From positions 3,224,001-3,288,000 of the forward strand of contig JBLDXI010000029.1 of the NCBI GenBank assembly GCA_047495785.1: DNA of 64,000 nt, in the 5' to 3' direction. The position numbers and the translations under genes are program-made. The notes under the pieces were generated by a model that searched no databases, was not told the DNA's origin, and worked only from the letters and a program-made list of their open reading frames with translations. Shown piece by piece: positions 47,334 through 59,597 of the stretch. Numbering within the stretch: position 1 is the stretch's first letter; each line of letters begins with the position of its first letter. The DNA comes from Lepidodermella squamata. Taxonomy: Eukaryota > Animalia > Gastrotricha.

Positions 47334-48379
47334 CCGTAAATTGGGGCAAAATGGCCGCGGGAAAAAAATGACCCCCTGTTTTTTTCGCATTTTTACACGT
47401 TTCAGAGGGTCCTGATTCCGATTTTATAGGAAGCTCATTTTGCCCCAGGTTTGGGGCAAATTGGACAGGTGTTTTGGGGCTAATTGGCCACCCTTATCCT
47501 TATAATGGGTTTTTAATATTTGATGATTGTGAGGGTTGAATGGTCGAGTGGTTGTGATGCGTCATCAGAGCTTGCGAGTGATCTGATGAGCGACGGTTCG
47601 AATCCTCATAAAGTAGCATTTTTTTTGCTACGCATTTAATTTTTAATTTTTTGGTTTCAATTGTCCATTTTACTAATAATTTTTAATTAGTTTCTCCGTT
47701 TTTTCTGATAGTTTTACTGCTGAGCAACTTTTAAACGCCTCCCGAACAAAAGAAATGCCCGGGATACGTGGTGTTAGTAGAATAATTAAAATGGAAAATT
47801 AACAGAAAAAATTAAAAAATTAAATGCGTAGCAAAAAAAATGCTACTTTATGAGGATTCGAACCGTCGCTCATCAGATCACTCGCAAGCTCTGATGACGC
47901 ATCACAACCACTCGACCATTCAACCCTCACAATCATCAAATATTAAAAACCCATTATAAGGATAAGGGTGGCCAATTAGCCCCCATCATTGAGTTTTCCA
48001 TGGGGTAATTTGGCCACAATCACCTAGCCATACCTGTGCATCGCCTGGGGTCGCGGTTTTTTTTGCTGTCATCTACGACGAAAATGGTCGAAGGAAAAAA
48101 TTTCATCTGAACATCAAACCTCGTGATTGGCTCCAGGTAATTCAATTTAGAGGAGTCGTTTTTACCTCCCCAAACTCACCTTTAAACAACAACATGCTGT
48201 GACCTCATTCCGGGACATACCTGGCTGAAAATTTACAGGCTTGTAAAAGGCTTGTTGATAATCGTCCCCGTAAATTTTTGTGAAGTTTTATCTTGTAGTT
48301 TTTGAGCTATCGATAAAAATGTGAAAACCTCAATTTTTGGCCAATTAGCCCCAAAGGTTCATTTTGCCCCAAATGACGG
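47334..48379. mobile_element. Non-autonomous Tc1/mariner/pogo-type DNA transposon (TA TSD) carrying an internal ~175-bp inverted repeat
   Basis: ta|ccgtaaattggggcaaaatg ... cattttgccccaaatgacgg|ta. Internal arms 47476-~47651 and ~47807-47983. Confidence 0.9.
47530..47626 (+). ncRNA. tRNA-like (SINE-head-like) Pol III unit; mirror copy on the minus strand at ~47833-47929
   Basis: A box TGGTCGAGTGG (47541-47551), B box GGTTCGAATCC (47595-47605), stem tcatcaga/tctgatga between them, T8 terminator at 47619-47626. Confidence 0.55.
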
Positions 48380-50029
48380 TACTTTGTACGGGTTGGCATC
48401 GGCAGCTCCGAAGCAGTACAACGATGGGCTCGGGGCGCTCGAGGCCTTGTAGCCGTCATACACGGTCGTCGTAGCTCCGATACCTGTGCAACAATCTGCA
48501 AATGAGTTGAATGTTGTCGTCGTGACACCGGTTGCGGCCTGATAAGGAATAGATAAACGAGTGTTAAATCAAATAAAATCGGCTTTCTTTTCTTACCACT
48601 CCTGGTGGTATGACATTACAGGCAGCGCCGGCTGTTGAGCTGCAGTACTTGATAGTTTTCGCTACAGCGGGTCCTTTACCGGGGGTTGTGACCTGGCACA
48701 TCGTGAATTGATTCTGAAAATTAATAAAATTAATGAGGTTTATTATAGTAGATTCGTTAATGCATTACGTTGTCCAGGCAAGATTGCGACGAAGAACAGG
48801 CCGTAGCCGCACAGCTAGCTCCTGTGGCGCAGGTCGGCGCTGATGGGCAAGGAGTCGATGTTGACGAGGAGGGGCATGCGCTCGACAGGGCTACGAACAA
48901 GCTGAGAACAACAACAACAACAAAGGCGGTCGACATTTCAACGCGAAGATGAATTAGCTTGGAAGAAAACTAAATATGCAAGCAAACTTTGAGTTGCTTA
49001 AAAAGGTGATTATGATGAACTGACTCTGGGCGGTTGATACCACCGGCGCAACCAGCTTGCGATAGATGAACGCGTTGGTTGTACCTAGGTTTTTCTTGAG
49101 TTCGTAGTGTTTGAGGGAGTTGGGTTGGCATGCTTCTGTCGAACGCAGTTAATTGTTACCGTATATCTTGTTCAACTCTAATGCTGCAGTTCGAGCCATA
49201 GGAATCCTTCGCGTATTCAACATCAAACGAAACTAGCCATAATCAACTAAAGTGTTACATTAGAAGTATTCACTGCCTCCTGAGTGAAAATGATCGGTGT
49301 CCTTCGAGGCTGCCTTGAGATTTTGTCGAGTAAATACGCCTCGAAAATATGGCCGAACGCGTTGACAACGAGGTAGGCATAATATCAAATCGATGGGTTG
49401 TACGCTTATTACCTGAGTTTTTTCGTGAGGCCATAGTAAACGTAGGGAGCCTACTACAGCCACCGGCGTTGCTGCGCTGACTATCAGTGCCTAAATGGCT
49501 AAAGAAGAGGTAAGCATAATACTATCATATCAATGAACTCTACGTTAATTATCTGAATTTTTTCTCGACGCCTGCCACAGCCACCGGTGTTTGATGCGGT
49601 AGGAGCGAGTGTATTAACTAACGATAATAAACGGTTTGCTCGTTGATGCGACACAGGCAACACATAACGGTTGCCACTGAAGCTACGTAGCTATAGAGCC
49701 TGCGCCGCCTCGGTAAAACAACCAATATTGCTGGGGCACAGTGGTGCTATGAGTTCAAGGTTGTGTGTTGAAGAAGATGAGCGACGCCGTTTCCCGCCTT
49801 CCTTAGCTGACTTTTTTTCTTCATTCATTTCTTCTTGTTATGCGGCAATCGCCGTCCACAGTTCAATAGTTAGCCCATTTCCCACCACTGAAATACTCTG
49901 CGATGAATCCGTAAAATAATCTGATTGGTAAACAATACCAAATTGTGGTTAAACTATTTGGAATTGTTCACTTTTACCGTCTCATCGGCTCCAATCAACT
50001 CAAGATTGCGCCGTTCGAATCAATGCGAT

Positions 50030-50326
50030 GCAGCTCCTCGCCTCGGTTGGGTCAGATTGTATCAGAAGCATGCAATTCATTCGGCAACTTTCGTATGGAA
50101 ATGCCTCAACGGTCAAGCCCAAGCAGCGATGCAGGCCATGTTCCAGCTCAATGAACCGAGCCAGTATGAAACGCGTCACTTCGAACCGACCTTCTATTCT
50201 CTGCGCGGGACGTTGAGTCTGGGTTACCGAGGGCCCGATTTGGGGAACCAACTTCCTGTGGAGTCGCAACAAGCTGAATCCGCCGCGGAATGTCGCGAAG
50301 CTGTCTATCAGTGCAATCGTGGATAA
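50030..50326 (+). mobile_element. 5'-truncated CR1/L2-like LINE, C-terminal ORF2 fragment
   Basis: LGW..L.........FVWKCLNG...MF......YETR......SLGYRGPDLGNQLP.....AES pattern typical of CR1/L2 ORF2 C-termini. Confidence 0.7.
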
Positions 50327-50952
50327 AATGCTGCTAAATTATCTCAGTGTTCAATAATGTTGAATGTGTTTTACTACTTATTCTATTGTTTTGATTTTAC
50401 TTTGTCTATGACCTCATAATTCTCTGTTACGGCTATAATCAATCCTCTATAACTCTGTCTTCTCCTACTATGCCTTTCATGTCCTAACCGAATCTGTCCC
50501 ACTGCAATTATATGTTGTTTTTCTCAAAACTGTCGAGCTTAAAAGTAAATAGTTAAATAATACAAATTAACGTAAAAATGCAACGTCTAAGCATTGACTT
50601 TCGGCTTTCACAGGTGTTTTGGAAAACTGCAGTGAAAAAGGGCACCCTGGCTAGCCAATGGGCGAAAAACTTCCAAGATCCAATGCTGAACGTCAATGCA
50701 GAGAAACAGGCACTTTTCGGAAGCAACACATTGATGCTCATAAAACTGAGGAAATTTGCATTAAAAATTATGACTAAAGTTGATTGCCAGCTGAAAAGTA
50801 TTTCATGATCATCTTTGAATCACCTCAGGTCACGGACCCTACATCGCACACTGTTTACGACTTCAAGTTATTATTTACCGCAAGCACTTGAACATTTGAA
50901 TTTAGACCTGACATTTTTCTCGATCTCATTGACTTTTACCTCCTGGTGAGAT

Positions 50953-51317
50953 CATAGAGAAAAAAGCGAACAGAGTAAGCACTCAAGCCTAATTTTGATC
51001 TGCATTATTTAATCGAGTGCTTTCTCAAGACGGATATCTCCGTTTTTTACCAAATTCAGCATGCATATAGAACTCTAGCTCCTCTTTCACGTGCTCAGTC
51101 TTCATCTCATCAAAATAAATGAAGCAATAGTGAAAACGAGGGTTTTGTATCGTAACAACGGTTGGGTTGTCCACCTCAAATCTTATGCGTTCTATAAGCA
51201 TGCAAAATTTGGTAGAAAAACGGAGATATCGCAGTTTTGAGAAATTCAACTTTGAATACAAATGAAGATTTTGAAATTTTAGCTTGAGTGCTTACTCAGG
51301 TCATTTTTTTCTCCATG
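50953..51317. mobile_element. MITE with CAT...ATG ends and 8-bp TSD (P-element-like)
   Basis: ggtgagat|catagagaaaaaa...gagtaagcactcaagc ... gcttgagtgcttactc...tttttctccatg|ggtgagat. Confidence 0.78.
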
Positions 51318-51612
51318 GGTGAGATAGAAACAAGCGCCTTCTTACTTGCTGCCAATATGTTGAAAAAAACAACGCCACGATTTTTGCATGTTTGCGTATT
51401 TTATTTTCCAAATTCAAGTAATCGAACGGAGAAATTCAGAATGAAACAAATTGCTATAATGTGAATTCTGTATATATTTCTGCAGTATTCGCTTCAAACT
51501 GAAATTCTGTTGAGAAATCTCCAGTCTCATTTCGATAAATTGTTGAGAAATTCTATTATTTCTTATCGGGTGAAAAAATTGCGATAAGTGAAAACAGTTG
51601 ATCAAAGCTTTC

Positions 51613-52537
51613 TCAGGTAGTGCTGCATTTTTCAATTGTCAGTCCATAGAGGGAAACAGTTGCAGGTATCTGGGCATTCCGAATGCCGCTAAGGGAATAG
51701 CAGCAGGAAGCATAATTGGAATACCTTGCTGATGGAATTCTCATTGACTATTAAAGCAATTACGGTAATTAATGCGAAGATATCAGCTAACAGTCTCAAA
51801 ATAATCTCACCGAGGTAAATGAAGGATTTGCGTTTTCGACGTCTGTTGGCGTTGAAGCCGTGATTGGGAACCGTATGCAGGTTCCAGAGGTACCAGGAGC
51901 TGGGCCTGTTAGCAAATAAGGAGTAGTGGGCGTTGCCCCGACACAAATTGTAGTATATGCTGGAGGAGATCCCGTAATAACAGCAGGGTCGTAATAGACA
52001 TTAGGCCCCGTTTGTGCGCAGCACAAATCGAAGGTGGAGAATGTGTTTGGCGACCCCGAAGCTTGCTACGAAGGATAAAATTAGGCAGTACCAACTAAAC
52101 ATGAATGGATTTACAGTGCCGCCAGTCAACAGGTTGCAGGCTCCGGCGTTGGCGAGGCAAAATTTTGTTCCAGGCGTGCCAACTCCTGGACCGCCAATCG
52201 TATCGATTTGACATAAGTTGAAAACAGTCTACATTGCAGAAAAACAATTGGAATTCCACGTAAAAAGGTTCCCGAAATATCAGATGATCCTCACCGTGGT
52301 TACGCATGATTTAGTCGCGTCGGTACAGGCCTGGGCTGACGTAACACACACGTTTGGCGATGAGCAAGTGTTGGCTGAAGTAACACAGCTTGAACCAGGC
52401 GAGCATGTTGGCGAAGAGCTACCCGAGTTGGATGCTGGTACAGAAGGGCATGGCGTTGTAGTTGTTGTTGATGACGCTGGGCAAGCGCTGCCATCTGCCA
52501 AGATGGCCAGGAGAATGGCGCAACTGAAAACGAACAT
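51613..52537 (-). CDS. Secreted Cys/Thr/Ser-rich protein, cluster family member 4 (4 exons)
   Basis: Same four-exon model as member 2: MFVFSCAILLAILADGSACPASS...CCAQTGPNVYYDP...CIRFP...CC...GLTIEKCSTT*. Confidence 0.86.
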
Positions 52538-53696
52538 TCGCAGAGGAATAAACTGTAGAGTGTATATGAGCAGAAAAGAGAAGATGTTGAAGAAGGAAAA
52601 ATGAGGCTGCTTTTATAGGCAACTCAGCATGCTTCTGTCGACCGCAGGATTTTACTGCCGTATATTGTACAATTCGGGTAATGCAGCTAGATGCCAAACA
52701 ATTCATTCGCATTGACCCCATCGAAGGAAACTAGCTGCATGTGTTACGAAGTAAAGACTCACTAAATCCTAAACGGAATTCTTCGGTTTCCTTCCACAAG
52801 CGGCTACCTTGAGGTCTTATCGAGTGAATACGCCTTGGAAAATGGCCGAGCGCGTTGCCTATCTGTGCCATTAGAGCCAAAGAGGAGGTACGCCTAATAC
52901 TATCATATCAATGAACTCTACGCTAATTATCTGCGTTTTTTCTTGTGGCTACAGAGAACGTAGTGACTCGAGGCCTGCCACAGCCACCGGCGTTTGATGT
53001 TGTAACCCGAGTGTATTAACTGGGGAAATTAATCGGTTTGCTCGTTGCTTCGACGCAGGCCACAAAACGCGGTTGCCGTTAACGTTACGTGTCATTCGCC
53101 GTTTTCCTGCGCCTTCACATCACATCACACGCCGGCATGAAAAAGTGTTTAATATATCGCCGCGTTCGAGCAGTGTTCACTTATGCCGGCGGGCTGGAAC
53201 AGTGTTCATTGCATGGATGCTATCAACAATTTTTGTATTCGTGTGTTTTGTATTCACTGTTTCACTCTTAGGTTAGCTGGTATGTTTCTTCACCCTTGCA
53301 GGGTGGGAAAGTTTTTCGGATCGTTTCTTTCAAAGGGGACAAAACTCGGTCGGGTTTTTTTCATTTACCGTGGGGCCGCAGCTGACTTTTATCCAGCGAC
53401 TTCGGTCGGCCGCTGTCGTGAGCACCAATTCATGCGTAGATGCGGGTGTTGAGCCTGTGCCTTACTAACATTCTAGCACTAGCATGCCCAATGCTAGTCG
53501 CGTATCCACTAGGCCACTGCGCTCGCTGTGCTGTTTCAGAGAGGGAAAAATGGGATTTCTTTACGGCAAAACAATGAAAATACACATAAAAGAGTTCGGA
53601 AAAACTAAAATGAGAGACGAAGTCACTTTTCATGGCCAGAAAATATTTAGAAAAATTCAAAAAACCACAAGTATTACTTGGTAGTGGGATTAAATA

Positions 53697-54085
53697 CCGT
53701 AAACTACAGTATAAAGGCCGCGGCGACTAATTTTCCTGATTTGTGCTGAAAAAAGGTAAAAAGTGCGGCGATTATTAGAGCGCGGTCTTAATTTTCTTCA
53801 ATTTTTCAAAACTCTTCGTGAGCAAATTGAATCAACCAAATTCAGGCATCAATAATTCCCTCATTATCAACGGGTCTTCAATGATATCGTTTTCCTCGTC
53901 AAGTTTTCGATTCCTGTTTGACAAAATTGCTGATATATAAAATTAATAATTAATAATGAAAGAATTGCTTGGATGAAGCTCTGCGCAGCAGCGTGCCCGG
54001 GTGGCTGTTGATTCCGTGCTTAGATGCGGTGATTATTCGCGCGCGGCCTTTATTCAGGATGCGTCCTTTCTACTGTAGTGTACGG
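53697..54085. mobile_element. Tc1/mariner/pogo-type MITE (TA TSD)
   Basis: ta|ccgtaaactacagta ... tactgtagtgtacgg|ta, with subterminal ataaaggccgcg / cgcggcctttat. Confidence 0.75.
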
Positions 54086-54266
54086 TAAGTCAGGAGGAAT
54101 TTGCTCCAGCCGAGTAAATAACTTGAAATTACCGTGAACCCCTGATTCGAGCCTCTTACTGCGCGCAGTGTTGGGAAATTTATTAGAAATTCCGTGAAAC
54201 AAAACGATGGCTTCACAAGGCGTGTTTTAATTCAAACGACGCTATACTTACGCTCATTGATGAATA

Positions 54267-54272
<6 letters not shown>

Positions 54273-54335
<63 letters not shown>
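54273..54335 (+). repeat. (AG)n microsatellite, ~31 units
   Basis: Direct reading of the sequence. Confidence 0.97.
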
Positions 54336-54338
<3 letters not shown>

Positions 54339-55335
54339 ACGCAGTACTTTCATGTGTGCCGAAACGATTCGTAGCGTGCATACTTACTATGATGCACGTA
54401 AATTTAATAGTTGAGCTTTTTCAACAAACTTTTTTCGCAAGAAATAAACTCGAATCCACCGTGTATACCGTTTCGCTCAAGCTATAATCAAGATATGCAA
54501 GATAGTCCCCGCGCTCTACACCTTTCCGAGGCTGGTGAGTGCAGTGTTGGAAAAGGTCCGGTCGACCGGCGCCGTTCCCGGTTTGAGTCTAAATAAAGAC
54601 CGGGAGAAGTCGAATTTTCAACTTCAGGTTAACCCAGGTTAACTGCCAGCAAATGAGCAGCGGTATATATGCGAAGCATTGAATTCACGGAGTATTTAAG
54701 TTGTGGTAGTGACGAGCAAGAAACAAACCATAAGACCCAATTTTCATTCATTGGATTCGAGTTCCGAAGGAAAAAATTGGTTGATTGAATCTGGATTTGT
54801 TCTGGCTTCGATCAAAGCTCAAGTTATTAGTATAATCAAATTCGCTATATATGCTTTCAGTATTTTCAATGCATTGTAAAGGACTTCCAAGACTCAGCTC
54901 GGAACCCTTGCCGAGGCCGGAATCCAGCGAATTCCAATGCGAATAGGACGATTTCTGCTAGTTTTTGTACAGCCTTAACACGGTGATAGATCACGCGTTC
55001 AACATTTTTCTGGTGAAAAATTCTCCAAAAGACACAATTTTCCAATCAGAACTCAGAACTCATTGTTCGCTCAAAATTCATTGAAAAATCACTCTTTCTG
55101 GTTTCGCAAAATGCAAATTCGGTTCCGCTACAGTAACTTTGGTTCCTCTAACAATTATTCTTAAATTTTCGCGCGTTCTATTTTTGTTGAGACCGACTAG
55201 TCAATTGATCACCTGGTGGTAAATTTTATTTCAGGGGAAAGGCCGACTTCGCTCTGTTGGCGTCATCACAATAAAAGCTAATCGCCTTGGAGTTATTCAG
55301 TTTATCAGTTGATGAAGATGTTGCTCGAAGCTCCA

Positions 55336-56318
55336 CTAAGAGCCAGCGTTGCATTTTTCCAAAGTCAGTCCGTAAAGAGAAACAAATGAAGGCGACTCAT
55401 AATTTGGATTAGCACCAATAGAGAAGCAGCAGCCAGCGAAGCTTCCATATGCCAAGCCACCGAGTGCTCTGGGCTGTTAAAGAAATTCCGGTTAGCAATG
55501 GCGAGGTATCAGGATTAGAATCATCTTACAAAATAATCATTTGTGACAGCGTTATCCGCTGGTGCTGCAGCCGTGAGTGGAAAGCGCAAGCAGTAGCCTG
55601 ATGTAGCTTTAGCCGCCGGAGTACTGGACATTATCTTGAACGGTGAAGCGTCGGATGTTCCAACGCAAATCATCGTATAAGTGGGAGTAGGGATTCCTGT
55701 AATAACGGCTACATCGTAAAATTTACCAGCACCCGTTTGAGCGCAACACAAGTCGAATGTGCCGAATGTGTTTGGCGAACCCGATGCTGGCTATGGTACG
55801 AAAAATGAGGCCTTATATGAAAATAACAACATGAATGGATTTACTGAGCCGCCGGTCAACGTGCTGCAGGCCGCGGCGTTGGCCAGGCAATATTTTATTC
55901 CAGACGTGCCAACTCCTGGACCGCCAATCGTATTGATTTGGCATAGGTTGTAAACAGGCTATACATTGCAAAAAATAAGATTGTGACTTTGAATTAGGTT
56001 CCAGATCCTCACCGTGGTTACGCATGATTTAGTTGCATCGGTACAGGCCTGGGCTGACGTAACACACACGTTTGGTGATGAGCAGCTGTTGGCTGCAGGA
56101 ACACACACGCTCGGCGATGAGCAAGTGTTGGCTGAAGTAACACAGCTTGAACCAGGGGAGCATGTTGGTGACGGGCTAGGCGAGTTGGATGCTGGAACAG
56201 AAGGGCAAGGAGTTATAGTAGTGGTTGTTGTTGTTGTTGTTGCTGTTGTTGATGATGCTGGGCAAGCACTGCCATCGGCCAATATGGCCAGAAATACGGC
56301 ACAGCTGAGAAAGAGCAT
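55336..56318 (-). CDS. Secreted Cys/Thr/Ser-rich protein, cluster family member 5 (4 exons; extra 13-aa Cys repeat)
   Basis: MLFLSCAVFLAILADGSACPASS-T-rich-...CVTSANTCSSPSVCVPAANSCSSPNVC...CCAQTG...CLRFP...YGLTLEKCNAGS*. Confidence 0.86.
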
Positions 56319-58433
56319 TCTTCAGAACAATGGCTCAGAATTTAAAGAGACAGAAAAGAAAAGATGATGAAGAAGGAAAAGGGAGGCTGCTTTTATAGGC
56401 AAAGCCAGCGTGCTTCTGTCGACCGCAGTAATTACTACCGTATCGTCCGATTATCCTATTAATGCAGCTGGATGCAAAACAATTGATTTGCAAAGGCCTT
56501 ATCGACGGACACTAGCTGAATGTGCTTAGATGGGATGATTCACCGTCTCCTGAGCGGAATTTATCGGTTCCCATGAAGACGCGGATACCTTGAGGTTTTA
56601 TCGAGTGAATACGCCTGGAAAATTCTCGAACGCGTTGACTATCTTCTGTGACATTAAAGCCAAAGCCGGGGCGTGCATATTACTCTCATATCAATGAGCA
56701 CTGTTCGCTAATTATCTCATTTTTTTCTTGAGGCCACAGAGAACACAGTGCATACGCTTGATGCCTGCCACAGCCACCGGCGTTTGATGATGAAACAGGA
56801 GTGTATTAACTGGCGAAACTAATCGGTTCGCTCGTTGCTTTGACGCAGGCCATATACAAGGCTTTTGCAGCTAACGTTGCGTGACTATAGAGCCTACGCC
56901 ATTATCACTTGCCGGGGTGAAACACTGTTCAATATTGCCGCGTTCAAACAGTGTCCAAATGTGCCGGCAGGGCGAAACAGTGTTCAAAGCGCGCGTGCTC
57001 AGGTATATCACACGTTTTTTCATTCACGTGTGGCAGATGATGACTTTACACTCGCTGTTTCACTCTTTGGTTAGCTGGCTTTTCTCCTCATCCTAAGGGT
57101 CCCCTCACACAAGTGATGTTAAAAATGTTAATTCAAATTCAAATTTCTCAGATGGATATCTCCGTTGTTCACTATATTTTGAATATAGTTTGTATACAAT
57201 ATCTGGGAGCTTTGTAGCGGATAGCGCCAGCTGTGGAGACCTGAGGCGCAGCCGAAGGCCGGAATAGCGGCCTGAAGGCCGTTCAAGCTTAGAAGTCAAG
57301 CTGCTAATGCGCAAGAAGAATTCCCAGTCGACCAGCCAGTCACCTAGCGATGGCAGCGAAACGATCTCGGCTTGCGACTTGTTTGCTGTAGCATTCTTTT
57401 GGATCTTGGCGCCACACCGATCCTCGAGTTGATCTCAGCCCGCTCCAGCCGGAGCAAGAACGAGTGCAAGTTGCGGCTGGCTCAAGCTTCTAAGCAATCG
57501 GCAATAATTCTCGGTTCCGGTGGATCTTCCGCTTAATCGAATATCGAATCTGATCCAACGACCAAAATGGCTTGGTCCGCTTGTTCCCGTGTCTTTGCGG
57601 CAATTCCTCCAACCCTGTTAATTTTCTCGTTACTACAAAATAATAAAATTTAGGGGTTGCAGGGGTTTCAGCGCCTCAGTATTTATGTGACTTGTTTCCG
57701 TGCTCAAAGAAATCGAAAATAGGGGTGAATGCTGCTGAGTTTAAACTCAGCTCATCTCTCGAAATTTCTTAGTGGAGCGGGGTGAAACAGTGTTCAAAGC
57801 ATGCGTGCTAACAAGCAATTTTTGATTCTGTGTGGAGACACTCACTGTTTCACTCTTAGGTTAGCTGGCATGCATCTTCACCCTCACAGGGTTGGAAAGT
57901 GTTTTAGGCGATCGAATGGCTCTTTTCTTTCAATGAGGAGTTCTACAGGGTGTTTGTTTTGTGTACACGATGTTTATAACGAAACTGATGATGAGTTTTT
58001 ATGACGAAACTGCCCGCGTTATCGAAACTACTTGTTGGCCACCCACTCCCCAACACTGACCACCGCGCACCCGCCGTGAAGCGTTTGCTGGTCGATGGTC
58101 TCGTTGCGGTGAACATTGTACCATTTTACAATTTTCGCCGCATCGATGCGAGATCCAAGCTCAGCAAACACCGTCCCACCACCCTCTTCGACATGGTTCA
58201 CAGGTACAGTTGTAACGTCACACCTTGATCATATCAAATGACTCGATACTGCCTGTTCCGCCTATCAGCTCTTTCAACGTGAACGGTGGAACGGCGGAAC
58301 TAATTTAAGTTATTTGATCTGATCAGCGTGCGATCTTGAAATCTAGAGCTGCCAGCGATGGACAAATGTTTTTACTGCATTAGCGATAATGAGAAGTGAT
58401 TTTGAAGATTTTCCACCAAATCACGCTCGGGAA

Positions 58434-59075
58434 GCCGTAAGGTATTCCGGGATAGCCCCAATGTATAGTATACATCGTGTATAGCGCGCACTTGTATACT
58501 ATACAACCGTATACTATACAGCGTGTATACTATACATGTATACTATACAAGCTGCGGATGCGTGCGCGCACTTGTATACCATACAAGTACGTCAAAAATA
58601 CGGCCGTTTTCAAACCTTAAATGCAGATCAAGTTGGTAGAAGTATGACCCCCTGCTTAACATTCGAATTTAGATAAATCGGTAGTTGCTCTAGGCTCTAT
58701 GAACAAGCGTTCAGCATTCAGCTTCCGGAAAATTAGGTATGAATTTTACAGCCAAATTGAATTGTGGCCAGTCTGTGGAATGAGGGACATGTCTAGAAGA
58801 GTAATTATTTGATTGGCTCGAAAATATTCAACTTCAGGAGCTTTAAAAAGCTGTTTCTTGTGTAGAGTGCGTGTAGATTGCATAGAAGCGCGCTCAAGAA
58901 GTTGCAACTTGTATAGTATACATGTATGGTATACAAGCACCTAGTGCGCACTCCATGGTTGTATAGTATACATGTATAGTATACACGCTGTATAGTATAC
59001 GGTTGTATAGTATACAAGTGCGCGCTATACACGATGTATACTATACATTGGGGCTATCCCGGAATACCTTACGGC
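58434..59075. mobile_element. MITE with ~115-bp near-perfect TIRs (GTATACTATACA subrepeats), 8-bp TSD
   Basis: ctcgggaa|gccgtaaggtattccgggatagcccc ... ggggctatcccggaataccttacggc|ctcgggaa. Confidence 0.9.
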
Positions 59076-59196
59076 CTCGGGAACCTCTCATATTTTCTGC
59101 AGCTCATGTGCAGAGACTTTTAGATCGTTCGAAAAATATTCGAACCAACGGAACTTCTTACACCCTAAGGAGCAGATTCATTGAATGACATGTATG

Positions 59197-59597
59197 TGTC
59201 GTATATAATGTCGACTTTTATGTAATGTTAACTTTACATAGCAAAAGTGCCCTATGTAATAATGATTTTCATCCCGATTTTTGGAAGCCCTTGGGATCCC
59301 AAGTTGACCACAAATTGGAGTCGGCATCGAGGAATTCGAAAATGAATTTATTTGTTCACTCGGGTGAAAAATAGCCGATGATATCGCCTAAATTCGAAAA
59401 GTCGATCGGAATCGATTTTGGAAAGTCGATCATTTTGGGAGTTTGGGTGATCTTTCAAAATATCAGATTCGAATTCCTCGATGCCGTCAACTTGGGATCC
59501 CAAGGGCTTCCAAAAATCGGGATGAAAATCAACATTACATAGGGCACTTTTGCTATGTAAAGTTAACATTACATAAAAGTCGACATTATATACGACA
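59197..59597. mobile_element. Foldback/MITE with ~130-bp inverted arms
   Basis: tgtcgtatataatgtcgacttttatgtaatg...gggatcccaagttgac mirrored at 59486-59597. Confidence 0.8.

Larger units (their letters stand above)
47048..48936 (-). pseudogene. Secreted Cys-rich family member 3 (divergent); exon 3 interrupted by a 1046-bp transposon
   Basis: MSTAFVVVVLSLFVALSSACPSS...|NQFTMCQ..KYCSSTAGAAC|..TFNSFADCC...NPYKV[insertion]CAGGTGNGRCIRFP..|..FSSYSACC...VDTCGN*. Removing the element and one TA restores the frame. Confidence 0.82.

Noticed and set aside
47530-47626. Functional tRNA gene
   Set aside because: A and B boxes are present, but there is no canonical acceptor stem or 7-nt anticodon loop, and it lies within a transposon palindrome. 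Kept only as tRNA-like.
47334-48379. Transposon acting as a precisely spliced new intron (introner)
   Set aside because: A weak GT exists at the upstream TSD on the coding strand, but there is no AG at the downstream end, so clean removal is not supported.
54194-54487. ORF with an RERERE tract
   Set aside because: It is the translation of the (AG)n microsatellite in a non-coding repeat.
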